Shown here in pieces: positions 37,099-50,324 of a stretch of 64,000 bases of DNA. Positions within the stretch are counted from its first letter, which is position 1. The number at the start of each line of letters is the position of its first letter. The position numbers and the translations under genes are program-made. The notes under the pieces are model-generated. The model was given only the letters and a program-made list of their open reading frames with translations, made no database searches and was not told the origin of the DNA. Origin of the DNA: Podospora anserina (taxonomy: Eukaryota); contig CM030337.1 in assembly GCA_017654855.1 (NCBI GenBank), positions 3,038,001 through 3,102,000 on the forward strand. The letters run 5' to 3'.

Positions 37099-38692
37099 AT
37101 GGAGGCGTTTATTATTGAAGCGTTTACCTTGTTGGGAGTTGCGTTGGTGGTTGTTGGGATGAGGACGTATGTTAGGTTGACGACTGTGGGGATTAAGGGG
37201 TTTCAGGCGGATGATTATTTAATGTTGGTTGCTGCGGTGAGTTTGTTCTTCTTGGAGATGTGATGATGGGGATGGGGAGAGTTGGGGACTGATCACCTGT
37301 GTTGTGGGATAGGGCGCGTATACCGTGGAAACATATCTTGCGTACTCGGTGGGTGCGTTATGGAAGGGGTTGGCGAATAATGCGATGACGGATGAGCAGA
37401 GACGTCTGCTTGATCCGAACAGTGAGGAGTTTAGGTTGAGGTATGTTCTGACTACATCACGGCCTGCTGGAGTGTGGTAGCTCATGATTGGACTGCAGGG
37501 TCAACGGGTCCAAAACTCAGGTTGCTGGGTGGTCGACGTACACATTTCTTCTGTGGACGATCAAGGCGGCGATATGCACCTTCTATCTTCGCCTGACGGT
37601 GGGTGACAGACCAGCCACTGTATCATCACGATGACTGCTTGCTGATACCGGCGTAGGAAGGGTTGGAATATCGCAAGCGCATCTTCACGGGCTTCGTGTT
37701 GATCTTCACCACCTGGGTTGCCGTCCTCCTGTCAATATTGCTGGGCTGCCGTCCTCTCGAGAGGAATTGGCAAATCTATCCAAATCCCGGCAGCAAGTCT
37801 CCAATCTGTTGTACCCAAAACACCGAATGCTAACGCCATGTCAGATCACTGTCAACCGGCCATCTCCAACATTGACATCTTTGTAACTCTTGGGTTGAAT
37901 GTCTCCACAGACATTTACCTCATGAGCATTCCCATACCCATGCTATGGCGTGCTACCATGAAACCGATGAAAAAGATTGGGCTCATTGTGTTGTTTTCTG
38001 GTGGAGCATTTGTGACGGTGGCAGGAGTGTTGCGATGTATCCTGATTGTTACAGTGAGTTATACAGAACGTCAGTGCAAAAAAAGAGACAGTAACTGACC
38101 TGGGGTGTTGCAGGATCCCATCAACGGCGCTCAACAAGCAGGTTCCTGGGCCGTCCGGGAGACGTTTGTGGCTGTGGTGACTTCCAATCTTCCCATGTGT
38201 GTTCCCCTAATTAACAGATGGGGTCGACCAATTTTGGGAAGCCTAAAGTCCCTCAAGTCAACAACGGGTAGGATGACACGTTCTGGCCGTTCAGATCCGA
38301 AGCATGGAGCGTTCAGGCTTGAGGATAAGAACCCGAGACGTGGAATGGGGCCGAGGAGTGTCAATCCTATTACTGAGCTTACGATATCCGAGACGGAGCT
38401 GGCTGAGATTCAGCACCAGGAGTATTTTTGGAATCCCAATAAGGGTCGTCACGACCCAGAGAGCGGACTGGATGGTGAGGGTACGAGCCCAGGTGGGTTG
38501 ATCTGGAAGCAGACATCCCTCCAAGTGTCGGAGTCGAGAAATTACCATGGTCATGGTGTGGATGAGATTGACTTTGGGGATTATTATCTTGTGGAGCAAG
38601 CAAAGAAGAGCGCCGAGATCATGGCCACTTCGCCGACTGGAAGGAGTTGGAAGACTTCGAATAACAACCGCCAGGATCGACGATCACCGTGA
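37099..38692 (+). CDS. PTH11-like (fungal rhodopsin-domain) integral membrane receptor, no CFEM domain
   Basis: RTYVR..GFQADDYLM, STDIYLMSIPIPML, KKIGL..LFSGG, WAVRETFVAVVTSNLP; five introns. Confidence 0.9.
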
Positions 38693-38989
38693 ATAGCAGC
38701 ATGATGTCGACACTGCCGTGAATACTGAGGAAGTGGGGTTCATGTTTATTGTGGTCATTCCACAATAGAGGGACAATAGTGAATAGAGCGCACTAAAAAG
38801 TGCATTGTCGAGCTGCCAGTATTGGGCCGTGGTCACAACAATGGCAGGAGCGCTGGGGAAGCCCACCCACCTTTTTCTTAAGACTTGCTTGGATTTCTCC
38901 TTTGAGTTTTTTTTCTCTTGCACTTGACATCACGATATCCCAGCAAACCTCATTTTGAACGTTTGCAAACGAAATTTGAAACAGCAGAA

Positions 38990-40109
38990 ATGTCGTCGTC
39001 GAATGCTTTCCTCGCCACCTCGCGCGCCCCCGGTCGCCCTCACACACTCGATTTGGCACCCGGGTGCGTGGTGGTTTGCGGCTGGAGTTGTAAGTTTTTC
39101 ACCCAAGCTACTGACATCTTCGACATGATTGTCGCTCTGTGCCTTGGACTCTTTGATCTTTCAGTTTCAGCCCACCCCAATCCATCACATTCACCACACA
39201 ATCTTCCCTTGTTCTTCCCTAACCTGGGATCACTAACAAGTCTTGAATGCCAGAACCCCGATCATACTGACCTGGCCCGGGCCAAAGAGAACGCGGAGAG
39301 GGTGCAGAGGGAGAGGGTGGAGGTTATGAGGGCGAATCCCTGCCCCCAGGGACTCCTTTGTGAAGTTGCTTCGGGACGAAGATTGTAAGTTTCCCCACAC
39401 ATTTTTGACTCTGGCTTTTTTCTCTTGTTACTTTTCTTTTTCTTTTTAAAAAGAAACTCTAATATTTTTAGGGGAACGAGTCTTGCCCGCACGCGTGAGC
39501 CCTCCCGCGACGCCTGTCCGCGCATTTGTCAGCAGCTCGCCCGAGCGCAAGACGGGCGTGGCCAAGCCCAAAGTTGCCGTTCGTGAGCGCCAGGGGGGTA
39601 GTCCTGCTGGGATGGTTTTGGGAAATGTTGGGATGAAGGAGAAGGTTGGGAGGTTGGGGGTGGACTGGTTGAGGCAGCGGAGGGGTGGGTCCAATGCTGT
39701 AACGGGCACAGATTGGATTGGGGTGTTCAAGCAGTTGGTGGAGTGGGTGGTTGGCGAGGTGGGCGATAAACTCACTGTTGCTGGGTTTATGGTGTTTTTC
39801 GCGCTGTTGTGGGCCGTGGTCATGACGGTGGTGTGGATGGTGCAGGCGGTTGGCCAAATATGGCATACCTGGTATGGGCAGCAGAAGATTGTAGTCTTGG
39901 AGGAGGTTGATTCCGAGGGCAGGGATCGCCACAGACCGGCTTTCCTGGATATCAATGTGGAGGAGATGGCTGGGAGTTTGCTTGGGAAGCGGAGGGAGAA
40001 GGGCACCGGTGTTGTTGGGGCCGAGGCTGAAGATATCGAGGCGTTTAGCGGACGGCTCAAATCTTTCGCTACTAAGCATCCGGGTCGTCGTGGGAGGAGC
40101 TCGCCATAG
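38990..40109 (+). CDS. Hypothetical membrane protein (exon structure approximate)
   Basis: ATG 38990; GTAAGT donors at ~39090 and ~39385; TM segment VAGFMVFFALLWAVVMTVVWMV. Confidence 0.5.
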
Positions 40110-40149
40110 GCTTTATGCCTTTCCCAACACCCAACAGGCGTCATCACTA

Positions 40150-40604
40150 ACCGAGTGGGCATTATCGAAACTCGGCGAGGCGCAGACAAATGCAAACGAC
40201 ACCATTGGCGGGCATGATCAGCATCCGATTGCGCATTATCGAAGGCTGGGTCAGCGTTGATGCATTGGAGGTTATTTTGAAAGTCCTGTCCGCGACCGCA
40301 AGAGGCATACGGGCCATCCAAGTGGGCATTATCGAAACTTGGACCGGCGTTTTGAAGACCCAAGCGGGCATTATCGAAGCTTGGGCGGGCGTTTAGAGTG
40401 TATTGGGAGGTCTTTAGTCATTGGAAGAAGGAGTATGGGCCGTTCAAGTGGGCATCATCGGAACTTGGATGGGCGTGGGAGACCTGGGCCGGCGTCATCA
40501 AGCTCGGGCATGCATCTGCACATGACTTCGTCACCTCTCTGGATCGTCAGGACATTATCTATCGTTGGGCTAGGGATGCGTTGGAACATTTTAAAGGTCT
40601 GTGA
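40150..40604 (+). repeat. Five degenerate copies of a ~25-bp motif encoding (K/E)WALSKLG
   Basis: AGTGGGCATTATCGAAACT-like copies at ~40153, 40228, 40320, 40362, 40447. Confidence 0.75.
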
Positions 40605-41105
40605 CGCAGGTTGCTAGGGGCATATCGGGTTATAAAAGGTGTTCAGGAGGTTGCTTTATGGGTAGATGGATACCAGCCAGCTCTTTTGTGTTGTTTATTG
40701 GGCGTATATATATATTACGGGATGCATTTGTTTAGATGATCTTTGGAGATACCGCAGAGAACCCGTCTCCCCCACAGAACGCTTGAAGACTGCCAGCAAT
40801 ATATCGCTTTGCCCGAAGTGAGACTATTCCCAATGACGTGATACCAGTCCCCCCGCATTTGCCCCTTTTGCTCCGCGCTATGCCCGCCAAGCCGTAACGT
40901 TGTGACACACGGCTCTTTATCTGACGCGCCCTTTGCTGAACTCGAGCAGAATGCTCACCTAACGCAAACGGTGTTTATCTTCCTGTTTGAGCCGCTTGCG
41001 TAATTCATCGTCGTTTCCTGGGCTCGATATAATAAGGCCTGCTAGAAATCGGCCCATACACCGCTGAGCATCACCAAACCCTCACCAACATCAACATCAG
41101 CAATC

Positions 41106-41639
41106 ATGGCCTCCCCAGACAAATCCCAAGAGCAAGGAAAAGGCTTCACGCTCTCGTGCGAATGCGGCTACATAACTATGACGACCCCCTCCCGCACCCC
41201 CTCCGGCATGGCACATTGCCACTGCCGAACATGTCAAAAACAATCAGGCTCGGCGTTTGGAACCTCTGTTTATTACCCCACCGACCAAGTCTTTCCCTTA
41301 CCCGTGGACTTGGAGGCGAAGTTGTCAGTGTTTGAGCACGGGACTGACAGCGGGAACACAATGAGATGTTATTTCTGTCCCAAGTGCGGCGTGAGGATTA
41401 TGCACCAGGGAATTCTGCCAGATGGGAGCTGGAGGGAGATGATGAGCTTCAAGGCGGGGACGTTTGATGACTGGCCTGAGGAAGGAGGGCTGAATTGGGA
41501 GGGGATGGGGGCGAGGCACATCTGGACGAGGAGTGCTAGGATGAATCTTTGTGGGAATTGGGAGGCCTGGGAGAAGTATCCGGATGATATGGTGGATAAG
41601 AAGAAGGGGGAGGGGGAGGGGGAGGAGAAGAAGGCGTAA
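41106..41639 (+). CDS. GFA/Mss4-like zinc-binding protein
   Basis: CECG, HCHCRTCQKQSGSAF, FCPKCG, HIWTRS. Confidence 0.92.
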   Translation: MASPDKSQEQGKGFTLSCECGYITMTTPSRTPSGMAHCHCRTCQKQSGSAFGTSVYYPTDQVFPLPVDLEAKLSVFEHGTDSGNTMRCYFCPKCGVRIMHQGILPDGSWREMMSFKAGTFDDWPEEGGLNWEGMGARHIWTRSARMNLCGNWEAWEKYPDDMVDKKKGEGEGEEKKA

Positions 41640-41959
41640 GGTTGGGGGGTTGGCGGAGAGGGTTAGGGGTAGGGTTGGGCGAGATTGGGTCAGATGTACT
41701 CTGGCTTGCTGACAATGCGTACGATGTTTAATCTATCAACGAACCCTTATGTTATGTAATCGCATTAAAGCAGAAAAGTGAGGTGCCTGTGACTCAGATA
41801 CCACAATGTCATCCTCAAAGTCATGGGTGTCGTCATTCAGGAACAGTCAGACCCTGAAAGCCAATTGAGTGGGGCAGTTATGCACGCCAAACTTTGTGCC
41901 TGGGCAGAACCCTCGTCAGAGTGGCCCAATTTCCAAACGGCGCCTTCTTTCTCCAGACC

Positions 41960-42967
41960 ATGCGACCGTTGCAGCAGCTTTCCCGATCTTCGTTCAACGT
42001 CCTTCGTTCACGCTTTGTACATACAATGGCTCCAGGTCAGTTCCTCTCCTCGTCTTCTTGCCCTGATAGCGCTGAACCCGGCCTTCCGCGTTTTCTGCCC
42101 CGCCATTTCCGAACCATCCGAAATCTCGAGGGGCATGCGCACCTTGACGAACACCGCTGATGTTCCTCGACAAACAGTCCCTGATTCTCGTCCTATCGTT
42201 ATCTCCGGCCCCTCCGGCGTCGGAAAGGGAACTCTCTACGGCCGCTTGTTCCAAGTATGACCTACCCTACCCACGCGCAACAGTTTCCCAGCACGAGACC
42301 ACGAGACCGACGATGTTGACATGACCCGTCTACTCAGAACCACCCCGACACATTCACTCTTTCCGTTTCGCACACCACACGTGGCCCCCGCCCCGGTGAG
42401 ACCGATGGTGTCCACTACCACTTCGTAACAAAGGAGGCGTTCGAGGCGCTCAAGGCAGCTGATGGGTTCGTCGAGAGGTAACACGCCCGCCGCACAAAGA
42501 TCTACACAGAGAGGAGGAAGAAAGCTGACTAATGCCTTCGGAATAGCGCCAAGTTTGGCGACAACTACTACGGTACCTCAAAGCAGACGATCGAAGAGCA
42601 AAAGGCCAAGGGCAAGGTCACCGTGCTTGATATCGAGGTCGAAGGCGTGAAGCAGATCCAGGCGCAAAACTACCCCGCGCGGTATGTCTTCATTGCGCCG
42701 CCTAACGAGCAGGCGCTGGAGCAGAGACTGAGAGGGAGAGGCACCGAGAGCGAGGAGAGCATCCAGAAGAGGCTAAAGCAGGCCAAGGTTGAGCTCGAGT
42801 ATGCCAAAGTGCCGGGAGTGCATGAGAAGATCATTGTCAACGATGTAGGTTCAGGGTGTGAGTCTGTCTTGGTTGCAAAGAGAGGTTCTAACGTTCTGGG
42901 TGTCTAGGATCTGGAAAAGGCGTACAAGGAGCTGGAGGAGTTTGTCTTTGCGGAATCCAAGGCGTAA
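41960..42967 (+). CDS. GUK1: Guanylate kinase (second in-frame ATG at 42026)
   Basis: [13 protein letters not shown]-loop, [42 protein letters not shown]; four introns. Confidence 0.96.
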
Positions 42968-43377
42968 GGAAGGTTTGGAGTTGGAGTTGGTTGGAGTTGT
43001 ATAGATGGAATCCTTCAACCTCGTCGTCAATTTCGAACGCTAGCATCCAAGTCCATGTGCTCATTCCAGAAGAAGGTCGCCACTGTTTGACAATGCGGCT
43101 GACTACGAGGCAGTTGAAGAGGTGCAGGGGACTTGGATCATCTGTCGTCTTGACCTGCGATTCCGCCTTTTTGCATGTTCAATTCGGTGTCTTTTCGTCT
43201 GAACCTACGAGCCGTACCCCATGACAGACTGGTTGCCGCCCTTCCGCTATTCCTTTCGCTTTCCCTCCTCTGTTTATACTTTGACTGGACCTCCTCCCTC
43301 TGCTTCGACGTGGCCAACTCGAAATGCTTCTCTGAAGACGAACCACCACGGAGCACCCGCCATCAACACAATCAACG

Positions 43378-44799
43378 ATGGACGGAACATCTACAGAAGA
43401 CGATGCCCTCTCCGGTATGGTTGACATTTTGTCTCTCGCCATGGACAACACATCTTTCAGCTCTACCACTAAACCAACCGCGACCTTTGAGCTGTTCAGT
43501 CAATTCCCCGCCGAGATACAGTGGTGCGTCTTCGAACAATTGCTCGACCTAGAAGGCCTAGGACGTGGCCCAGCAGTGCACTTCCTAACCGGTTTCCCCA
43601 GAACGTTGGCAAAGGCACTGTTCAGCTCTGACCCAGACGAGAGGATGGATACAGGGCTCAGGCATAACTTTGCACAGGGCATCGACTTTGTAACTCATGA
43701 TACCATGAGCCTTCTCGGAAGTTTCAAGCGCACAGATCGGCGCGGACGAGAGTATATCCCAAACGCCATCCCTCATCACATTCGTCTCCCGCAAATTGCC
43801 CAAACATGTTCGCTCGCAACGCGTGTAGTCCGAACTCACCAACAAAACAAGACGCCAGTTGGCCTGCACGGTGGCAGGTCTATTCTCGTCAACGAAGAGG
43901 ATGACTTGTTCTATTTCGACACCCTCGTCCTGTCAAAGAAGCCCCGCTCAGACCGTGTTTTGCATCTCAGATCGGCGAACACCATCAACGAAGAGCTGAC
44001 GGACTGTCTGATAAGTCCGGTCCCCATGGTTCATGGTGCAGATCTTCTCAAGGGCGTCCGCCGCTTGGCTGTGCCGGGCTGGGTGTCAAAGCTGACCGAT
44101 GGCGGGTGTCTAGGGTGGCATTTCCAGCCGAAACGGCAACGTGATCTGGTGGATTACATTGATAGCTCTTGCTCGGAAAGCGATTCGGAAGATTACGATT
44201 CCAGCGATTGGCTTAAGAAGGTGCCCTGTGACAGGTGCGGTCGCGTTATGGGAGGACATTTCAAGGTCACCTGGCCGGAGGAATACGTACTACTGGCTGC
44301 CGCTTGGCTTCCTGCCCTCCAAAGCATACACTATGTTGTTCGTAACGAGATTCCACCGCCGGGTTCACTCGGCTCTGATTACGCCCCCTGGCGGGCCCTG
44401 GCAGGTCCGAGCCCGCAAGAACCAGCCTTGGTGTTCGGAGATAGTTGGGTGACGACCGCTACAGCAATGTACCGACATAGAGGAAATCGCAAAAGCTCAC
44501 GATTCAGCACAGTGGGGGCTGAGCCTGCACAAACCTTTCAGTCTATCGGAGGATCCTTGGTCGAGCTGTTTGCTCCTATTGACTTCCACGTCTTGCTTCA
44601 CGCTTTCGTCACAGTGCCATTTTTCGATCTGGATTGGGCAGCATCGTTTCCTATGGACAGTCAGCTTCTCAAGGTGTGGAAAGACAAAATTCCCCATCTG
44701 AGCTTCAGATACCTCAGATGGGTGCCAGAGGGGTCGGACTTACTTCCTTGGAAGGCGGATCTGAAGCCGCATGGTACACCCAAGAAGAGGCGACAATGA
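43378..44799 (+). CDS. 2EXR/F-box-like N-terminal domain protein (473 aa)
   Basis: TFELFSQFPAEIQWCVF, DDLFYF, VRRLAV; intronless. Confidence 0.75.
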   Translation: MDGTSTEDDALSGMVDILSLAMDNTSFSSTTKPTATFELFSQFPAEIQWCVFEQLLDLEGLGRGPAVHFLTGFPRTLAKALFSSDPDERMDTGLRHNFAQGIDFVTHDTMSLLGSFKRTDRRGREYIPNAIPHHIRLPQIAQTCSLATRVVRTHQQNKTPVGLHGGRSILVNEEDDLFYFDTLVLSKKPRSDRVLHLRSANTINEELTDCLISPVPMVHGADLLKGVRRLAVPGWVSKLTDGGCLGWHFQPKRQRDLVDYIDSSCSESDSEDYDSSDWLKKVPCDRCGRVMGGHFKVTWPEEYVLLAAAWLPALQSIHYVVRNEIPPPGSLGSDYAPWRALAGPSPQEPALVFGDSWVTTATAMYRHRGNRKSSRFSTVGAEPAQTFQSIGGSLVELFAPIDFHVLLHAFVTVPFFDLDWAASFPMDSQLLKVWKDKIPHLSFRYLRWVPEGSDLLPWKADLKPHGTPKKRRQ

Positions 44800-46018
44800 A
44801 AGCGTCGATAGGCTGTGTCTTAGAGATCGAGGGATCGTCGTATGGATTGAAGGGGGAGATGTCAATCTTCCGGCCCTGGTGGCTTGTACTAACTTGGGAA
44901 GAGTATGATTAATGGGGTTTGCTGGAGCATTGCAGGTGGGGTTGAAGATGGCCGCGGCATAGAAATAGACAGGGTTTCAATGATTAAGTCTCCAGCAAAC
45001 TTTGCCATCGAATTTCTCCCCTCCACTTGAGAAAGCCTTCTCTTTTCATCAAAGCTGAAGGCCTTGGTGTCTGGTCCGCATTTAACTAACCCCAAGGCAA
45101 GTTATGCATACAATATGGTACCACAATAAGAGAAAGCCTGTCTCAAAGTCCACTCGTATGGAAGTTGCGGAGGAGACTTGCAGTCGGACTAACATCAATG
45201 CCTTCTCCATAGCCGACACACTATTATCTTTCCATGTCACTTTCCACGTTTACTTTGCAGGCTCTGGTCGGCTCGGTGTGTGGGCTCGGTTTGTGGGCTC
45301 GGAGTGTGTTTTCGCCGTATTTTCGCAAAACCAAGAGTGATGCGAAGGCGGTGGCCTCCAGTGGTAGTAACCCTCCACAACGCGTACCAACTGTCTTCTC
45401 TTTTTCGGAACTGCAATATCTTGTTCGTATTACCAGTAGAGAGATCACCGGAGGAGCCATTCTTTCTGACCATTCACTTGTGTTTTATTAATCAGCCTCA
45501 AGGAAAGCCCCGCCGTTCAACAGAGTAGCATAACGGAGATGTTCGGTGGAAGACGGATCTGAAACGGTGGGTGGAGAAGAAGATTGATGGTTAATTTTGC
45601 ATTTGGCGGAGTTCATATTTTGCACAAACAGCGTGTCTATACCGGGGTACTTTGAGCATCGTGGACTTGGGATGTCAGCGGTCAGGAAATATACCTAGAC
45701 AACATGGCAAACGATCATTCCTGAGATGACCACGTCATCCGCCCCCAGTTTCCGCCCTTTCTGGTGCAATATGTTCGTTTATCCGGAAAGCATTCGACAG
45801 TTGACATGACAATGGATCACATGATGTCTCCACGTGGTAGGTAGCCTACGACATTTTGCCGCAGTCTTCTTCCCACACTTGCGTTCATCAACCTCTGTGT
45901 TATCTGTCCTCGTCCTAAGCGACTTCCTACGAGGCGTTAGCAAACCCGAGGCCCAACACCAGCGTAGTTTCCTGAACCTACCTACTCTTTTGCTCTATGC
46001 CCGACGCCCGCCATTCCC

Positions 46019-47340
46019 ATGGCTGTTTCTGGCTCAATCGACTCTTTTTCAGCCACCACGAGCAACAACAACCCCGACCCAGCTGAAGATGTTACTCCTC
46101 CTACCATCACGACCTTCGAATACTTCGTCAAACTCCCCCCTGACATACAGTTTTGCATGTTTGAGGAGCTCATAGCCATGAAAGGACTCTGGATGTCCCT
46201 AATATCCACTTCTTTGCTGCCTTTCTAACCAGTTTGTAGCCCTTGTTCAGTCAGCGAAAAGAGAAGAAGCATCAAGAGGCCACCGACGCCCTGTGCCAAT
46301 TCTTCAACAATGTCCGTCGACCCGTCGCGCGATTCCTGTTCCTCACCCATCGCCGATTTCGAGATGGTATCCGGTTCAGAAAGTCTCTCCGAAAGCGAAT
46401 ACTTTTCATGACGTTCGACCAATATCAGAACATGGTGACACCCTCAGATCTCCCCTCCTGGTTTGGGTCTCGTTACTGTCAGTTGCAAGAAGTTGCAAGT
46501 GTATGTCTTACTGCGAAAAGACTTGTCGAAAGACTGCATCAGACTCACCAAAGCACATTACCCTTTCACTTATACAATAACCAAACAGTTTTCGCGAATA
46601 CCGAGAACGACATATTCCTCCTCGAGGTGTTAGTTCGCGCCTACGAGAATTACCCCGGAGACGTGGCCTGTGTAAGACAAGCACTTGTGATAGAGGATCA
46701 CTTCGGAGACCTTTTCAGGATACCACCACTTGTGCTCCCTGGCTCTAACCTTCTCATTGGGGTTCGTCAGCTTGCTTTTCGCCTTTGGGCATATGAACAG
46801 GATGAGGGACCCGAGCCAGATGAGACTCAATGCCGGGACTGGAGGTGCGTCCAGGTATCTTACGAGGAGGAATTCGCGACTATATCACTAAAATGCGGCC
46901 CCGCCGTCTATTGGTGGGACAGTAACTCCAATGATTATGAGGCGACAGTGTGTTATAGCTGCTCTTAGCCCGCTGTTAACCACCATGCTTTCGGCTCCCG
47001 GCAGATAGAAGATCTGCTAGTCACCGCCTGCCTCCCTTCCCTGGAGTCGGTCAACATCATTGTCCATGACGACGAGAACGCTGAAGTCAATTTGCTGGAC
47101 TCGGAAGATAACTATCCGTGGCGACTGCTCCCGTACCCGAACTCAGACGATAAGCATCCAACAGGGGAGCAAAAACACATATTCATCCCTGCGTCGCCTT
47201 CCTTTTTCAGCCGTCCGGAACTGGATCTCTGCCCCTGGATGCAGCAGGCACCTTTGAAAAGCTTCGGCTATTTTGGAGGATCAATGACTGAGTTGTTCCT
47301 TCACGACGAGACTTTTCGATGGATGCACACTCTTATGTGA
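46019..47340 (+). pseudogene. Tandem paralogue of the 43378 gene, disrupted
   Basis: TFEYFVKLPPDIQFCMF; frameshift near 46195; in-frame TAGs at 46237 and 46966; colinear motifs (GVRQLA, LPSLESV, PWRLL). Confidence 0.82.
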
Positions 47341-47792
47341 CGTCAGTTTTGCGGCATTGTATGGCGGGACGAAATTTTACTTGATGCCGATGCCAAAGGA
47401 GCAAGGAGAACAAGGGCCATTGGACTGCGGTTTCATTACCTACGACCTGTGACAGGAGAGTAAGGTGTACAGTCTCAATGAACCCAGTAAGTAATACGCA
47501 GCACGCGGAACACGGACATCCGAGACTGTTGCTCTGCGGCCGGGATCAACGTACTCCCGAAACGACAAAGGACTTGGAATTGAAGATCTTGGGTGTGGGG
47601 AGACAGGTTTGACTGTTAACCATCACCACTTCTCTGACCAAGCCTCTGGGAATCATTGGGAGGAAGAACGTATGCCCGGAAAGGTACGCTGTTGGCGTGG
47701 TATAACTTGGGATTAATTTTGACACACTCTTGAACGCTGTTGCTTCAATACAATCCCATTGCCGTGTCACAGTGCATTGACTCAGAGATTAC

Positions 47793-49490
47793 CTACACTC
47801 TCTGGTCAGTAGCTTGAATTCCATCCTTCGACGACCTCCTCTTCACCCCTTCCAGTTCCACATCGAGCACCTTGTCCACGTTCTTCTGAATCTTGTCCTG
47901 CATCTCCTTGCCCTCAAACATGAAGCTGAGTTCCTCAAGTGTGCGATTGTGTGTCTCAGGGAAGAGAAGATACACCGTAGCAATCTCGATCAGAATCCAG
48001 ACGCAGTACACAATGTAGTACTTCCATCCAATGGCGTCTAACGCAATGGGGTTGACATATGTGTTGAAGAAGACCGCAAATCGGACCGTCAACTGCTCAA
48101 CCGCGATACCCTTTGCGCGTTGTTGATAAGGGAAGATCTCAACCATGTACGTGTATGCCAGGGCGTTCCAACCAATGTTGTAGAACCTACCCCTATTGTC
48201 AGTCAAATCTCCCATGTCAGGACACAAAAATACTCACGGCGAATAAACAAAAATAAACACCAGCACCGGTATGGCCGCAGCGCTACTATTCTCAATCGTC
48301 GCCCTCGCGCTCGCAATAGTCCAAACAACATACACCACCGCCGTCCCAATCGTGCATATCAGAAACATCCTCCTCCTCGGAAACCTCGGCGCGATCAACG
48401 CAATCGGCACAGCATTGATAAACCCCCAGCAAGTATTGCTCAGAATAACCTGCTGCACCGTCCTATTATCCGTGATGTTCACCAACGCCAAAATCTTCTT
48501 CATGTAGAAACTCAACAACCCATTCCCTGACCACTGCGTGAAAAACCCGACTACCGCTGCGAGGAGGAAACGACGTCTCATGGCAGCGTCACGGAAGACA
48601 TCCCCCCACACAAACCGCGAGGCAAGTTCTTTCTCCGCCGCGATGGTAGATTGAATTTGCGCGTATTCCAATCTGACAAACTCGTCCCCGTCTTTACCCT
48701 CAGAGTGGTATTTTTGCAGAATGGCAAACGCTTCCTCACCGCGGTCTTGGCTGACGAGCCAGCGGGGTGACTCGGGGCACCAGTGCATGAAGCCGAGTTG
48801 GAACGCGCTCGGGACGAGTTGCAACAGGCTGGGGAGACGCCAGGCCCAGGTTGATTCCATTTGAAAGGTGCCGTAGGTTGTCCCTGCTGCGATGATGGCG
48901 CCGACGAACCAGGATGCGTTGAAGAGGGATGTCATTACCGCGCGTTCGTTGGCGTAGGAGAGTTCACCGATCATGGAGGAGGCGTTTACGATTGCGAAGG
49001 GGATGCCGAAGCCGAGGACCCAGCGGGAGGCGAGGAACATGTCGCTGTTGCGGGCGCCTGCTTGGAGGCCGGCGCCCATGCACATTATGAGGGAGGCCAT
49101 GAGGATTGTGCGGCGGCGGCCGAGGTACTGGGAGATGGTGGGGATGAAGGGGATTGCCATGAGGGCGCCGAGGGAATACATTGCGTTGAGGAGGCCGAGG
49201 CGGGAGGAGGTTGGGTTGTCAAAGTCTATCGGGGGGTCACCGCGTCAGTGTAAGGGATGCGGAGAGGGGATAAGAGGTAACGTACAGTCAGTCCATGATT
49301 TGACAGCCTGGAGACTGTTCATCATCGAGCTGTCAAACCCAGAGGTCCATTCCACCCCGAGGCCAGTCGGCACAAGAATCAGATACAGAAAGCGAAGGTT
49401 GGGTTTCTTGTACCAGGGGATGTCATCCGCCTGCGCAATGCGGGTGAGCCGAGGGTCGGCATGTTCTTCTTTGGCGCCGATGATGGCCAT
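47793..49490 (-). CDS. MFS sugar porter (lactose permease/cellodextrin transporter-like)
   Basis: GFDSSMMNSLQ, GRR, WRLP..LQ, PESPRWL, QWSGNG, PETHNRTLEE; two introns. Confidence 0.95.
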
Positions 49491-50324
49491 CTTGGTGATG
49501 GTCGTTGCTGCTCTCTGTCTTGCTCTGCTGTGGTGAGGATATCCGGTAGAACGAAAACTTCACGGCAGGGTCATCAATTACTTATACCTCATCACCCCCA
49601 ACAATCTCCAACTACCCGGCAGCCGGGTATGTTACATGCATTCCCCCCATCCTGCCGTATCATCTTCCCCTTCCTGATCAACAAGCGGATCCTCCACCAT
49701 ACGTTGCGAGCTCAAATCCTGCCTTGTAGGTAAGGCATCTTGCACCTCGATAACGTGACGATCCTACAGGTCGGGCATATTTTTGTTAGAGAACCGATCC
49801 CGCGAATCAAATCGCTAACTACCAAGTATCGCCTAAATGGCACCTATGTACCGACATGCCAAGTCAACTGTTTGGAGTTGTTTCCTCCGACGTATGCGGG
49901 GTTGGCTTGTCTGCCCTGCCGTGCCCGGCCGACGGCGGATTTTGGGGAACGCGGGAGGGTGACGGGATGCAACGGTGTTACGTGGGGACCGGGACAGGTG
50001 TGACCGAAGAGCAGGGGGTGGTTCAGGTGTCGGTGTTCGGGAATAAGGAGCAATGCTGCTTAGTTGAGAAGGATATCAAAGGCTTTGTCATGCGAGAGGG
50101 TCAGTAAACAGAGGGAACAATGGAACGGGAGTGGATTAAAACATTAGTCTATTTTTGGGTTTTGCCTGGGTATCTTACTTTGTCTAGGTTATCTTGCCCC
50201 TTATCATTATGTCAAGATGAGATTAGAAATTAGTAGTAAGCAGCCACTGGCCCGCCAGTAGTGCCCGAAGCTTGTTTCTATGTGCATAGTACAGATACTA
50301 GTGTAGAGTTGGCGTGCTCACTTG

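Noticed and set aside
32737-38692. Secondary-metabolite cluster around the FMO
   Set aside because: No PKS, NRPS or terpene core gene and no cluster regulator in the window
40150-40480. CRISPR-like spaced repeats
   Set aside because: Eukaryotic context, degenerate repeats, irregular spacing, no cas genes; better explained as coding repeats
41640-41682. Telomere-like GGGTTAGGGGTAGGG
   Set aside because: Only one perfect TTAGGG, within a generally G-rich 3' UTR
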